Shown here one piece after another: positions 47,663 through 56,911 of a stretch of DNA of 64,000 nucleotides. This DNA is from a virus. The notes beneath the pieces were generated by a model. That model saw only the letters and a program-made list of their open reading frames with translations, did no database searches and was not told where the DNA came from. The stretch covers positions 1-64,000 of the IMG/VR virus record IMGVR_UViG_3300036981_000377; one strand, 5' to 3'. The number at the start of each line of letters is the position of its first letter. Within the stretch, counting starts at the first letter, position 1. The position numbers were made by a program, and so were the translations under genes.

Positions 47663-47690
47663 AGTGTACGCGAAACTAAGATTTAAGCAA
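47663..47690 (-). promoter_or_regulatory. Possible sigma70-like promoter
   Basis: TTGCTT-N16-TACACT upstream of the SEC-C gene. Confidence 0.3.
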
Positions 47691-48242
47691 CTATTTTTTG
47701 GCTTTTGAAGACGCCGACCGGCGAGATCGCGCTGCCGTGCCTTTGCGCCTGCTGTTAACCGGGGAATACGGCACTCCGGCCGTTTTGCACAGCACGTACC
47801 AACACGACGGGCCAGCGCACGTTTCCCACCAATCTGCGGCTAATCGAAAAACCGTTTCTTTTTCGGCAAGGTCGTTAAATGTGCGGCGCAGGCTCCAGAG
47901 ATTTTTACCCTCAAGCTCGACAGAAAAGAAACCGCAGTCTCTGACTTTGAGCGCAACACGCAATGGTGCAGAAAACGAGATATAAAACGAAAAAGGCGCT
48001 TTGCTGTAGCTGGGCTGGTGCCCCTCGCAGCTGTACGAGGTTTTTGCGCCAAGCTGCTCAAGCATGAGCACGAAATAGTTTACGCCGGGGTCAATCGGGC
48101 CTGTGTAGGTCTTGCAGGGCGACGTGCGGTCTAGCTCTAACCGACAGGCGATATCCCAAATGTTTTCTGCAGAAGTAGCAGCTGAGCTTTTAGCAGCAGC
48201 CATAGCGAATAGCTCCAGTAAGATTTGGACGAAAGACAGCAC
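47691..48242 (-). CDS. Phage protein with ID...L...G..T..SCEGH motif (TYW3-like N-terminal motif)
   Basis: PIDPGVNYFVLMLEQLGAKTSYSCEGH. Confidence 0.55.
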   Translation of the reverse strand: MLSFVQILLELFAMAAAKSSAATSAENIWDIACRLELDRTSPCKTYTGPIDPGVNYFVLMLEQLGAKTSYSCEGHQPSYSKAPFSFYISFSAPLRVALKVRDCGFFSVELEGKNLWSLRRTFNDLAEKETVFRLAADWWETCAGPSCWYVLCKTAGVPYSPVNSRRKGTAARSRRSASSKAKK

Positions 48243-48444
48243 CCGGACTTAGGGTGCTTAGGGTGGTGCTTGGGAAAAAACGCAGAATGAGCGAGGCTAA
48301 CTCTAGCGCTATCAACCCTTTAGCGCGATTACCTTACGAAAAAGTCATGCAACTTGCGTATATCTTTCTTACGAAAGCTAAGAAGATTAAGGATTTACTC
48401 ATTCCACGTGTGAGAAGGCGCACAATACGCCTTCTCTCACACAC

Positions 48445-48490
48445 AAAAAACTACATAGGCGCAGAGGGAGCAGTTGCCTGCCCCCTCTGC
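48445..48490 (-). terminator. Probable terminator
   Basis: GCAGAGGGGGCAG/CUGCUCCCUCUGC stem with a U6 run about 10 nt downstream; follows the gene at 48523..49137. Confidence 0.5.
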
Positions 48491-48522
48491 TTTACCTACG
48501 CTGCCACGCTCACACCGAACGG

Positions 48523-49137
48523 TCAGTCAAACACGCGCCGAACGCGCATGTTTGCGTCTATTGTGCGCTGAAACACGATTCGATACGAACCCGGACAAAG
48601 ATTCCAATTTCCGTGCTCCGGGTGCGAAATCACGCCTGGGTTCTTGAGCACGATAATTGGGCCAGAAAGCGCAAGAGAGTTAGTTACTTTATCCCCAAGT
48701 CCACGAGAGACCGAACCCCACCGATTTGCGTCAGTGTCATTTTCGCCTGTAATATTTTGCACGTAGGTTTGAATTTGAGCGTTAAACTTTGCTTCAAGAT
48801 CAAAGAAATCGTCTGACCTTTCTGCGTCTTCATCATCGATAAAGCGCGAAGCATTGCACGTATAGACTTCAATGCCTGCTGAATTTTCGAGCATGTGCCT
48901 CGAGCCTTTTGTGTTCCCCGGCGCAAGCTGGACTGGAAATTCAGGATTATTCAGTCGCGTATAGAACACAGGCGTCGAGGTTACGGGCTCGATCAGTTGG
49001 ATATAGACGTCACCTTGGCGAACAGTATCGCCAATATTAGCTGCTTCTGGAAAATTCTGATCTCCGTCGTTGACGATCTTCTCGACCGCCTCCTCGACTT
49101 GCTTTACCGCCTTCGCAACGTTAAGAGTAGCACTCAT
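48523..49137 (-). CDS. RQGDV...HPEH family protein (usual partner of DUF6745)
   Basis: RQGDVYI, GSRH, HPEHG, PGSYRIVFQR. Confidence 0.7.
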   Translation of the reverse strand: MSATLNVAKAVKQVEEAVEKIVNDGDQNFPEAANIGDTVRQGDVYIQLIEPVTSTPVFYTRLNNPEFPVQLAPGNTKGSRHMLENSAGIEVYTCNASRFIDDEDAERSDDFFDLEAKFNAQIQTYVQNITGENDTDANRWGSVSRGLGDKVTNSLALSGPIIVLKNPGVISHPEHGNWNLCPGSYRIVFQRTIDANMRVRRVFD

Positions 49138-49228
49138 GGTTGTGAGCCCTTGTAAAAGTTAAAACTAGTAAGTCAACGCGCACGAACTCGAGCTTGATCG
49201 CTCGTTTATTTTTGATAGAGTTAGCGTC

Positions 49229-50557
49229 TTACGACGCGCCGACAATGTTTAGCGCATTTACGGCATAAGGCAGATGGTCACAAACTGCGCCGTTTGCTAG
49301 CCAGCTTTGTGCTGCTTCGCACGTATTAATCGGCGCAATATTGTCAGGATTAAATCTGCTCTCAGGCAGAATTTCCGGTATAGCAATAAAGTATTTACGC
49401 CCTGTAGACCGGCACGATAAGACCATGCGTAGTGGCTCGCGCCCAAATGCTGCCTTTGTTTTACGCGGAGCAATCAATACTTCTACGGTATTATCTACCC
49501 AATTTTCGCGCGAGTCTAAGACTACAGCACCAGAGTCGTGTAGGTACTTGCCCCAGCCATACCGGTCGATGGCAACACGGCGATTCTCTTCGTTATCGAT
49601 CTCTTGGATTTCTTTTGGCTTAAGCGTTTCAGGCGCCATAATAATTTTTTCGCCGTGCTTGGCGAGATAGTGCCCTTCAAAGAACCAGACTGCTTTGCCG
49701 TCTGCCCACTGCACGGCTGGTCCAGATTCATTATGCAGGTTGTCGTCTGCGTCTAGCCGCATTACCGGGCGCTTGCCAAGAATTAAATAAGCGTCCCTGA
49801 ATTGCATAACTGCTGGCGTGTAGTGAAAGATCTCTTGATATTTGATGATCTCAGGATCTTTGCAGTTAAGCATCTTAGCTACGATCTCAGCGTGCACGGC
49901 GTCAAACCAATGCTGCTGCGGTTGAAACTCGCCGGCTTCTAGGTCTTCTGTGAAGTTCGACACAGCGCCGCTTAACGTAATTTGCGCGCGCTCAACCAGC
50001 CTAGAATTCCGGTAACTTAGCTTGTACGCAAGTTTTTCGTATTCGTTCACGTCCGGGGCGCCGGTAGCTGGCATCGAAATAAACAAATTGTAAAGATCGC
50101 TAAGCGTGCAAAGCGCTATTGCTGCGGTGTTGTCTCGCCCCGAACTGCTTCGCCAGCGTCTGGCCGGAATAGCACTTCCTTTGGTTTTTTGGGTAAGTTT
50201 ATGCAGGTGTTGCTGCATCATATTATCCATCAAATTGTTTTTCATGTGCCGAGACCAATAGTTGCCGTTAACAATGTCTCGCATACCGCCGCACTTTTGG
50301 ACGTTTGCCGCAAACGCCGAATCAATGCCGAGATAGTCGCAGTACTCTTTAGCTGAACTTTTGGCTATCCGGCCCCGAATGATTGCCTGCGCAATGTAGA
50401 ACTGCAGCGGCGAATCCACAGCAAATACTTTGATTTTCTTATTTTTGCCAATGAGCAATTTCTTGGCTGCGTCAACATCTACAGCAGTGTCATGCAGAAT
50501 TGTATTTTGCCACCGCGCTACAACTTCGGAAATGATCCGTTGAAACTTCTTGCTCAT
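49229..50557 (-). CDS. DUF6745-like protein
   Basis: LHNESGPAVQWADG...NEENRRVAIDRYGW...CRSTGRKYF. Confidence 0.7.
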   Translation of the reverse strand: MSKKFQRIISEVVARWQNTILHDTAVDVDAAKKLLIGKNKKIKVFAVDSPLQFYIAQAIIRGRIAKSSAKEYCDYLGIDSAFAANVQKCGGMRDIVNGNYWSRHMKNNLMDNMMQQHLHKLTQKTKGSAIPARRWRSSSGRDNTAAIALCTLSDLYNLFISMPATGAPDVNEYEKLAYKLSYRNSRLVERAQITLSGAVSNFTEDLEAGEFQPQQHWFDAVHAEIVAKMLNCKDPEIIKYQEIFHYTPAVMQFRDAYLILGKRPVMRLDADDNLHNESGPAVQWADGKAVWFFEGHYLAKHGEKIIMAPETLKPKEIQEIDNEENRRVAIDRYGWGKYLHDSGAVVLDSRENWVDNTVEVLIAPRKTKAAFGREPLRMVLSCRSTGRKYFIAIPEILPESRFNPDNIAPINTCEAAQSWLANGAVCDHLPYAVNALNIVGAS

Positions 50558-50566
50558 AAAACCCTT

Positions 50567-50959
50567 TCAGTACTCGCTCTTTAAAAGGATGGTTCGAGTC
50601 TGCGCGCCGTCAACCGGCATGCAGTAAACAGAAAACGTAGAGAGATCAAAATCGGTGTATTCTATTATTTGCTCAATTTCTGGCGGCAGATCTGAGTCAG
50701 CTTGGCATAAAAGCCTTGCTGTCTTGTCTGGAAATACTTCAAGAGTCCAAAGCTGAAAATCCTGCAAGTTTGGCTTGCTGTTTAGCGTTGGCTGGTAAGA
50801 TGCAATTGCGTCCATAAGCCAGAACGCGCCATGCTTGCCGCCGTTTTCAGCGACGTATAGCGCGCCGTCTGTTAGCACCATTTTTGGGAACAGCGGAGAC
50901 CACCTGTGCCAAGCTTCTGTTCCTGTAAATCCTGAAAGCTCTTTTACGTCAATTGGCAT
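50567..50959 (-). CDS. DUF6876-like protein
   Basis: FTGTE, LTDGA, AFWLMDAIAS, FQLWTL, YTDF, LLKSEY. Confidence 0.75.
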   Translation of the reverse strand: MPIDVKELSGFTGTEAWHRWSPLFPKMVLTDGALYVAENGGKHGAFWLMDAIASYQPTLNSKPNLQDFQLWTLEVFPDKTARLLCQADSDLPPEIEQIIEYTDFDLSTFSVYCMPVDGAQTRTILLKSEY

Positions 50960-51003
50960 GTTATGTCTTTCTGATAGACAGGCTATAAGTATTAAAACGC
51001 GTA

Positions 51004-51423
51004 TTAATCCAGAAAATCATTTGGGTCATTTGGATCTGCTGTTTTTTCTGTTTCGCACTTGTAGCAGATTAGCCCCATCTTGCTTCCGCGAAGGTCGCCA
51101 AGCTCGCACATGTCGCCGCAGTAGTGGCATTGATATGTGCACGGCGCTTCGTCGTCTTCTCGCTTGTTGTCCCAGTAGCGCTGCAGCTCTTCTGCTATCG
51201 TATTAGCTGGCGCGTAATAGTCGTCAGCATTTGCTACGTGCGCAATTTCTCCGTTAACTTTCATTAAATTAACGAATTCTGCAAACTCTGCGTCTTCAAT
51301 CTCAATAATCGATTTTAATACAGTACGCAGCCGGGCTTGCTCAGGAGCTGGAAACTCTTTCTTAAGTTTTTCCCATAAGCGGCCTATCTTTTGCATAAAT
51401 CGAATGTTGCTAAATTGGCTCAT
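51004..51423 (-). CDS. Hypothetical protein with C-terminal Zn ribbon
   Basis: CHYC...CYKC. Confidence 0.6.
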   Translation of the reverse strand: MSQFSNIRFMQKIGRLWEKLKKEFPAPEQARLRTVLKSIIEIEDAEFAEFVNLMKVNGEIAHVANADDYYAPANTIAEELQRYWDNKREDDEAPCTYQCHYCGDMCELGDLRGSKMGLICYKCETEKTADPNDPNDFLD

Positions 51424-51459
51424 GTTAGCCTTTCTTTTATTTGCGTTGTGATTGTGCTG

Positions 51460-51693
51460 TTACTCGTCTTCGTCAGCCAACATTTCAAATCCGGCTTTAA
51501 GCCGCGTAAATAAAGTCTGGTTACGCCTTGTGGGCACGTCGTCGTACGCTCTTGTGTCAGCTGCTTTCTGTGCGCCGTTGTGTCTTTTAGAGCAGTTATG
51601 CCGGCTTGAAATGCCGTCTATGACCTGAATTGGCCCGCCGCACGAAACACACGACATAACGTAATTGCGGCTTTTGTGTTCTTCGCTAGTCAT
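51460..51693 (-). CDS. Small Cys-containing hypothetical protein
   Basis: CVSC...HNC. Confidence 0.55.
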   Translation of the reverse strand: MTSEEHKSRNYVMSCVSCGGPIQVIDGISSRHNCSKRHNGAQKAADTRAYDDVPTRRNQTLFTRLKAGFEMLADEDE

Positions 51694-51696
51694 TTT

Positions 51697-51972
51697 TTAT
51701 TCCTTTGTACGTTCGAGCAAACTACGCAGCGTGGCGGCTAATTCAAAACCGTGACTACCGCCACCCATTTCCCAAAACGCTTGCGCCTCGTGTTCTGCCC
51801 ACCGTACCGCATCTCGCTCCGCCTTAGTGAGCCGTAGTTGCGCAATCTCTTTAAGGTAATCTATGTCAGCCTGATCGGCGGCGGAGCGTAGCTCCTCAAT
51901 CGCCGCCTGTAATCGCCGCACCTCCGCCGCCAGTAGGTCTAGATCGCGGCAGGTGTCAGGGTCAATTCTCAT
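51697..51972 (-). CDS. Small protein with LTxAERDAV...AATLRSLLERT module
   Basis: Start set at ATG 51972 (MRIDPDT). Confidence 0.6.
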   Translation of the reverse strand: MRIDPDTCRDLDLLAAEVRRLQAAIEELRSAADQADIDYLKEIAQLRLTKAERDAVRWAEHEAQAFWEMGGGSHGFELAATLRSLLERTKE

Positions 51973-52326
51973 CGCCCCGCTCCTCGTCGGTGAGCGTGGG
52001 AGGCGTACGCTCGCCAGCGTTGCTGCTTGACTCGCCAAGGAACCGCTGCGGCCAAAACCTTTCCCCGGCTTTGAACTCTGTCCATTTTTCCAGCACGCGC
52101 ACCGTCTCCAGCCAGCGTGTCTCTGCCGCGTGTTCTCGCCGGATCGTCACCGGCCACCACGCAAAAAACTCTCGCGTGCGCTCGTCTCCCACTTTAAACC
52201 GTTTCCAGTGTCGTCTCATTTCGTCCTCTCCAGTAGTGCGCGGAGCGTAGCGGCTGCGTTGCCTGCGTGAATGATTCGCAACTGATTGTAAGCGAGCCGC
52301 ACCGCATCTTCCTCATCGTCGGTGAG
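51808..52326 (-). repeat. Dispersed coding repeat family, cluster 2
   Basis: Related copies at about 51808, 51976 (CCCGCTCCTCGTCGGTGAG) and 52311. Confidence 0.7.
51962..52219 (-). CDS. Small protein ending in a truncated module (PTLTDEER)
   Basis: FFAWWPV...RWLETV; ATGA coupling. Confidence 0.6.
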   Translation of the reverse strand: MRRHWKRFKVGDERTREFFAWWPVTIRREHAAETRWLETVRVLEKWTEFKAGERFWPQRFLGESSSNAGERTPPTLTDEERGDEN

Positions 52327-52488
52327 GGTGGGCTGCTGGTGGCGGTAGAGCGGAACCACCACGCCGCTGCAACCCAGCGCAACGTCACCGGCAGTTGCGG
52401 CAGATGGGTATATGAACTCGCAATCAATCTCTTCGTCCTTGCCTGTCGGCGTCACGGCCCATGCCACAGGCTCGTTTGTTTTGATCAT
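52216..52488 (-). CDS. Small protein with LTDDEEDAV...AATLRALLERT module
   Basis: EPVAWAV...VVPLYR plus module. Confidence 0.65.
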   Translation of the reverse strand: MIKTNEPVAWAVTPTGKDEEIDCEFIYPSAATAGDVALGCSGVVVPLYRHQQPTLTDDEEDAVRLAYNQLRIIHAGNAAATLRALLERTK

Positions 52489-52793
52489 GCTGTCTCCTTC
52501 ACAAAAATACCTTCTGGAGTTAACGTGCCCTTTCTATCTTTGATCTCGGCGTAGGCGCGAGCTAAGCATTGTTTTATGCTTGTGCCCTGCAATTCGCAGT
52601 ACAGGATCAACGTAACGAGCACGTCGCCAACGCCGTCCATAATGCCGTCGTCGTCGTTTTTAAGCGTGGCGTCAGCTAACTCGCCCAACTCCGACATCGT
52701 CTTCATGAGTTGCGCCGTCGGGTTGCTGTTAGGGATGATCTTCCGGTCCATCGCCCACGTTAGTACTTTTTCTTCCAGTTCGTGAAACTTCAT
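52485..52793 (-). CDS. MazG-like NTP pyrophosphohydrolase
   Basis: SELGELADA, DGVGDVLVTL, AYAEIKDRKG; start set at ATG 52793 (GGAG RBS). Confidence 0.85.
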   Translation of the reverse strand: MKFHELEEKVLTWAMDRKIIPNSNPTAQLMKTMSELGELADATLKNDDDGIMDGVGDVLVTLILYCELQGTSIKQCLARAYAEIKDRKGTLTPEGIFVKETA

Positions 52794-52872
52794 TGTCGCT
52801 CCCTTGCGGTTAGTGTTACTGCTGACGACACAACTTATTGTCGTGTCGCTATTCTTGTTTTTTTGCGCCACA

Positions 52873-53832
52873 TTACCGGGCAGCAGCGCAAAAAGATTCC
52901 CGGTAGTTAGCTACGCCACGCTCAACAGAGCTAAAATTTAGTGCATATCCGGCCTGCCGAAGTCTTGTCAGGTCAGCTTGTGTGAATGGCTGATATCCTG
53001 CGCGTAATTCGTCAGGAAATTTACGAATAATGATATCCGACTCTTTAGCGCCTGCCAGCTCAGCAATTCGCCTAAAGGTCGTGGCTTGCCCAGTGCCTAC
53101 ATTGTAGATCCCGCTTTTCTCGGAAAACTGTGCAAAATGTAAGGTTACGTCAACTACGTTATTCACGTGCACGAAATCTCTAGCTGCGGGCTCGCCGTCC
53201 TCGAAGATAGTGACTGGCTCGCCGTTGGCTAAGCTGCGCAGGCACTGGTGCGGGAAACTCGCCATACGCCCTTTGAGCTCTTCTCCGGGGCCGTAGACGT
53301 TGAAGTAGCGCAGGCCCACTACTGGCGCCATTAGCCGAGACTTGCCCTCTGAGTCGTCGTACAGGCTCAGGTTAGCCGTCCGGCGAACGTAGTTGTCAAA
53401 CATGAGCTTTGACGCCGCGTAAGGCGACTCGGGCTTTTCGAACTCGGGGGTTTCTTGAAAGCCAGCTTTTGCTTGCCCGCCGTATACGCTGGCTGAACTA
53501 GCGTAGACCATGCGGCAGCCGTGCTCGATGGCTAACTCAAGCATGTCTTTTGAGAAGGTGAAATTTTGTTCGGCAAGAATCCGGCCGTTCGTAAACAACG
53601 TGTCGGAAATAGCGCCAAGATGAATTATGCCAGTGATGTTTTTTAGCGCCCGACCCTTACGCCCAAACTCGCGAAAGTCAAAATAGTCGGCAAAACGATA
53701 CTGCGCTAACTTTGGCAGTTTACGGCCGTCTGACAAGTCATCTACAACAATGACATCATAGAAGCCGTTGTAGTTCAGCCGCGAAAGAACCTGCGAACCA
53801 ATAAACCCAACGCCGCCTGTAAGAACTAACAT
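52873..53832 (-). CDS. hldD: ADP-L-glycero-D-manno-heptose 6-epimerase
   Basis: TGGVGFIGS, HLGAISDT, YASSASVYG, YAASK, RYFNVYGPGE..KGRMAS, YQPFTQAD. Confidence 0.88.
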   Translation of the reverse strand: MLVLTGGVGFIGSQVLSRLNYNGFYDVIVVDDLSDGRKLPKLAQYRFADYFDFREFGRKGRALKNITGIIHLGAISDTLFTNGRILAEQNFTFSKDMLELAIEHGCRMVYASSASVYGGQAKAGFQETPEFEKPESPYAASKLMFDNYVRRTANLSLYDDSEGKSRLMAPVVGLRYFNVYGPGEELKGRMASFPHQCLRSLANGEPVTIFEDGEPAARDFVHVNNVVDVTLHFAQFSEKSGIYNVGTGQATTFRRIAELAGAKESDIIIRKFPDELRAGYQPFTQADLTRLRQAGYALNFSSVERGVANYRESFCAAAR

Positions 53833-53848
53833 TGCTATCCTTTTGTGT

Positions 53849-53890
53849 AAAAAGAAACCCGGGCGGCAGCATTATTACTACCGCCCGGGC
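53849..53890 (-). terminator. Rho-independent terminator
   Basis: CCCGGGCGGUAG...CUGCCGCCCGGG followed by UUUCUUUUU. Confidence 0.75.
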
Positions 53891-53910
53891 TTATTTAACT
53901 GTTTAACGAA

Positions 53911-54942
53911 TTAGCGCGTAATAGACTTGTAATTTTTGGTCTTTTTGATGAGCATAGCGTGCTCGTCAACAAGGTAATTCTCCATATCGACTTGTCCGCC
54001 ATTTTGAAAGTTGGCTTTTCGCCCATCTGGGCCAACAAAGCGCTCAACACAAGCTAGAATGCGACACAAACGATCAAGACGATGACTAGCGCCGCCACCG
54101 CCTTTCTTTGCCATTATTTTGGTTATCTCGTATACCGTGTCATGGAGCTTTCCGTTCTTTACGCCAGCGTCGTTCTGATGCAGGCGAAATAACTCCAGCA
54201 CATCGTCAACATTTTTGCCAAGCTCCGTGTACTTGTAGTGCGCCAGCAAGAACGCCGCGGTGGGCGGGCCTGAAAAACGCGCGTGCGTCGGGTTTATTGT
54301 CTCGAGCGCCCGAAGCTGTTTTTGAAAAAACGACACACACGTTGCGACAGACGCGCGCCTTAAATTAGCAGGCGCGCCGTCAATTTCGTAAAGTTTTCCA
54401 ATTTCCCAAAGTGCTTCTTTCATAGCAGTTACAATGCCCTTGCAACCGCGAAAGAAAGACGACTCGTATTTAATGTCAAACTGTTTAAACGCGCTGAATA
54501 ACTGATCAGCTGCGTCTTTAACCTGTCCGGCGCTATCGAAGGTGTAATACTCGTCAATAACCGCGTCTTCGTCTTTTACGTAATGCACAATTACAGTTAC
54601 GTAATCCGGAACAGCGTCGGTTAACTTGTTTGACCACCCGAAACAACGACTATGCGAATCAAGTTTAAATTGTTGGTTATCTTCAGTAATCGCCATGTGC
54701 ACTGTGTAGTGTGCTTCACACAATTTGCTGAGATAAACCTTTGCTTTACGCCAGTGCTTCTCAGTATCGCGTTGCACCGGGGCGTCTGGCACAGCTAACC
54801 ACTGCGCAAGAGTCATTGTTTTGACGTTTGATCGTCCAAGCTTACGAGCGTTATTGCTCTTCTTTTTTATCGCCACCGCGGCGATCTTACTTGCTGCGCG
54901 CTTCTCTGCGCCTTTACCCTGCGGATGCTCCGAACGAGCCAT
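53911..54942 (-). CDS. Hypothetical protein, possibly ParB/Srx-like N-terminal domain
   Basis: PVQRD...KLDSHSR...YYTFDS loosely matches QR...DGxHR; basic N-terminus. Confidence 0.45.
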   Translation of the reverse strand: MARSEHPQGKGAEKRAASKIAAVAIKKKSNNARKLGRSNVKTMTLAQWLAVPDAPVQRDTEKHWRKAKVYLSKLCEAHYTVHMAITEDNQQFKLDSHSRCFGWSNKLTDAVPDYVTVIVHYVKDEDAVIDEYYTFDSAGQVKDAADQLFSAFKQFDIKYESSFFRGCKGIVTAMKEALWEIGKLYEIDGAPANLRRASVATCVSFFQKQLRALETINPTHARFSGPPTAAFLLAHYKYTELGKNVDDVLELFRLHQNDAGVKNGKLHDTVYEITKIMAKKGGGGASHRLDRLCRILACVERFVGPDGRKANFQNGGQVDMENYLVDEHAMLIKKTKNYKSITR

Positions 54943-54970
54943 AGTTCAGTCCTTTGTGAAAGAGTCAGTC

Positions 54971-55008
54971 AAACTAAAGGGGAGGGCGGCGACAGCGCCG
55001 CCCTCCCC
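54971..55008 (-). terminator. Probable terminator
   Basis: 13-bp GC stem GGGGAGGGCGGCG/CGCCGCCCUCCCC followed by UUUAGUUU. Confidence 0.65.
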
Positions 55009-55014
55009 AACAAG

Positions 55015-55359
55015 TCAATTAGCTGAAAATCCAGGAATGCCGCTTTTTGTGTCTTGAGGCGACTCGCGGTCTGGGATTTCAACTTCGGGCAGTAAATCAA
55101 ACATTCCCATTTCGACATCTACAAACACGTAGTCGAACGGGCCTGTTAGAGACTTTCCGACCATGATCCGGCACCGCATGTGCGGAGCAACGGGCTGGCC
55201 GGCTGCATGTTCGTGAACCATGCAAAACGTTACAGGAAATTTCATTTCGTCAGGCAGGCTGTCTACAAAGTCTTCTTCAATTGCGCGATTGTAGTTGTTA
55301 CGCAACGCGCGTTTATTAATGGCCTTCAAGATAGCCTTGTCGCAGAACTTGACTTTCAT
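55015..55359 (-). CDS. Hypothetical protein
   Basis: 114 aa; HEHAAG...HMR. Confidence 0.65.
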   Translation of the reverse strand: MKVKFCDKAILKAINKRALRNNYNRAIEEDFVDSLPDEMKFPVTFCMVHEHAAGQPVAPHMRCRIMVGKSLTGPFDYVFVDVEMGMFDLLPEVEIPDRESPQDTKSGIPGFSAN

Positions 55360-55366
55360 CTAAACC

Positions 55367-55726
55367 TCAATGGTACCGGACACACGCAAACCAGCCGCGC
55401 GGGCCTCGAGCCACTCCGATCTCCCGGGGCTTACGCTGGCCCCAGAAGCAGCAACTCCGAATAGCGGCGTCGGCACTTGCGGTGCTGTAGCCTACGCCTT
55501 CGTATCCGGAATTCCCGCCAAAATGCCGACACGAGCCACACTGGGCCTGCGCTTCTGCGACGCCCTGTGCGGACGCCGTATCGGCGCTCGTGGGCGCGCT
55601 TGAGGTGTAGGTGTATGAACGCCGAGGCCCGCGGGCTTCAGCGAACGAACCGGCCACAAGCACAAGACCCAGAGCAAAAACAAAAGAACGCATCGTATCC
55701 TCCGTGAAAAACAAAACATCCGTCAA
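55367..55726 (-). CDS. Secreted small Cys-rich protein (truncated CAP/SCP-like)
   Basis: Signal peptide MRSFVFALGLVLVAGSFAEA; YEGVG...CCFWG...GVARG...WFACVRY. Confidence 0.6.
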   Translation of the reverse strand: MTDVLFFTEDTMRSFVFALGLVLVAGSFAEARGPRRSYTYTSSAPTSADTASAQGVAEAQAQCGSCRHFGGNSGYEGVGYSTASADAAIRSCCFWGQRKPREIGVARGPRGWFACVRYH

Positions 55727-56031
55727 TCGAACACAGCGCGTAATAGACGATCTATTACGCGCAGCACACCGTCCCGAACGTCGGCAGTGAGCGATAAACC
55801 CGGCACTATAAACGCCAATTTGCCCTCAATGCTTTCGCGGTTGTTACCGCTATTTACGCAATTAATAATTGCTTTATTTAGGCGGTCTACGGTTTCCGCC
55901 GGCGTGTCTGCTGGCAGCCCCCAATCGCCGTGGTTGAGTTCGCACCGAAATACCCACGGGCGTTTTTGTACTTCAAATTTGCGATCAAACCGTTGCCTGC
56001 TCGTTCCGTTGCAGTACTTGTTTTTTGGCAT
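55723..56031 (-). CDS. Hypothetical protein
   Basis: 102 aa. Confidence 0.55.
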   Translation of the reverse strand: MPKNKYCNGTSRQRFDRKFEVQKRPWVFRCELNHGDWGLPADTPAETVDRLNKAIINCVNSGNNRESIEGKLAFIVPGLSLTADVRDGVLRVIDRLLRAVFD

Positions 56032-56395
56032 GTTCTGCCTTTGTCTCTTTTGCTAGTTCCTTCTCGAGGTTTTTTTGACTGCCAAGCATCCAAGATTCCG
56101 GCCGAATATTCAAGAGCCAATCGGCCACTGTCGGTATTCTGCCGAGATCTTCGCTTACGTGCTGCTCGCCGACGTACCGAACCGGAACTACGCGGCCGGC
56201 AGAATTGGTTATGGTGCTGCCAAAAATCTTCTCAGCCATAAATATGCCTTCAGCGTGGTGCCGTAAGGCCCGGTGTCGAAAGTCAGCCATATGCGCTTTA
56301 GACTCGTCAAACCAGTCGTGAATGGCTTGATAGTCCTCGGGCACGCCGCCCCATTTTTTGACGCTTGAAAGTGCGTGGTGGTATGGGTGTGCCAT
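55985..56395 (-). CDS. DUF6915-like protein
   Basis: MAHPYHHALSSVKKWGG..EDY..IHDWFD...RHRALRHH...EQHV.ED. Confidence 0.8.
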   Translation of the reverse strand: MAHPYHHALSSVKKWGGVPEDYQAIHDWFDESKAHMADFRHRALRHHAEGIFMAEKIFGSTITNSAGRVVPVRYVGEQHVSEDLGRIPTVADWLLNIRPESWMLGSQKNLEKELAKETKAEHAKKQVLQRNEQATV

Positions 56396-56712
56396 TATCG
56401 TGTTTCTTGATCTGCTAACACGGGTTTATTGTTGTCAGCGGTATGCCAACGAATATTATCGACTAAAAGTCCGTGAATTTTTAAAAAATACTTTAGTTGA
56501 TCCTCGACACCATCTGCGCGCACAGGTTTTTTGGTTTCGTCACAAAAGTTGTCGGCAAAACACGTAACAGCAATATGATAATAACCGAGATGATTTTTTG
56601 ACGGCGCTATTTCTATTGCAAAGTTTTCTCCATACGCTATCGCTACGCCGCGCAATATTTTTTTGCCGTCTAGTTCTGGTATTGGCATGTTACTCGCTCG
56701 TGTAAAGGTCAA
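56395..56712 (-). CDS. Hypothetical protein
   Basis: 105 aa; true start likely the internal MPIPE. Confidence 0.55.
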   Translation of the reverse strand: MTFTRASNMPIPELDGKKILRGVAIAYGENFAIEIAPSKNHLGYYHIAVTCFADNFCDETKKPVRADGVEDQLKYFLKIHGLLVDNIRWHTADNNKPVLADQETR

Positions 56713-56899
56713 GACTCATAGCAAGGCCTTCATGCGTCGAAGACCAATCATGCTTGCGTTCCACTATGTCAGCAGCGTGTTCCCACGATTTGTCATCGGC
56801 ACGGCCAAACATATCGGCTTGCCACCACGCCACGATCACACTTTTTACGCCAGCGGCTTTTTCTGCTTCCAGTAATTCAATTGCTTCGTCGATGGTCAT
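56690..56899 (-). CDS. Hypothetical protein
   Basis: 69 aa. Confidence 0.55.
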   Translation of the reverse strand: MTIDEAIELLEAEKAAGVKSVIVAWWQADMFGRADDKSWEHAADIVERKHDWSSTHEGLAMSLDLYTSE

Positions 56900-56911
56900 T
56901 TGTAGTCACTG

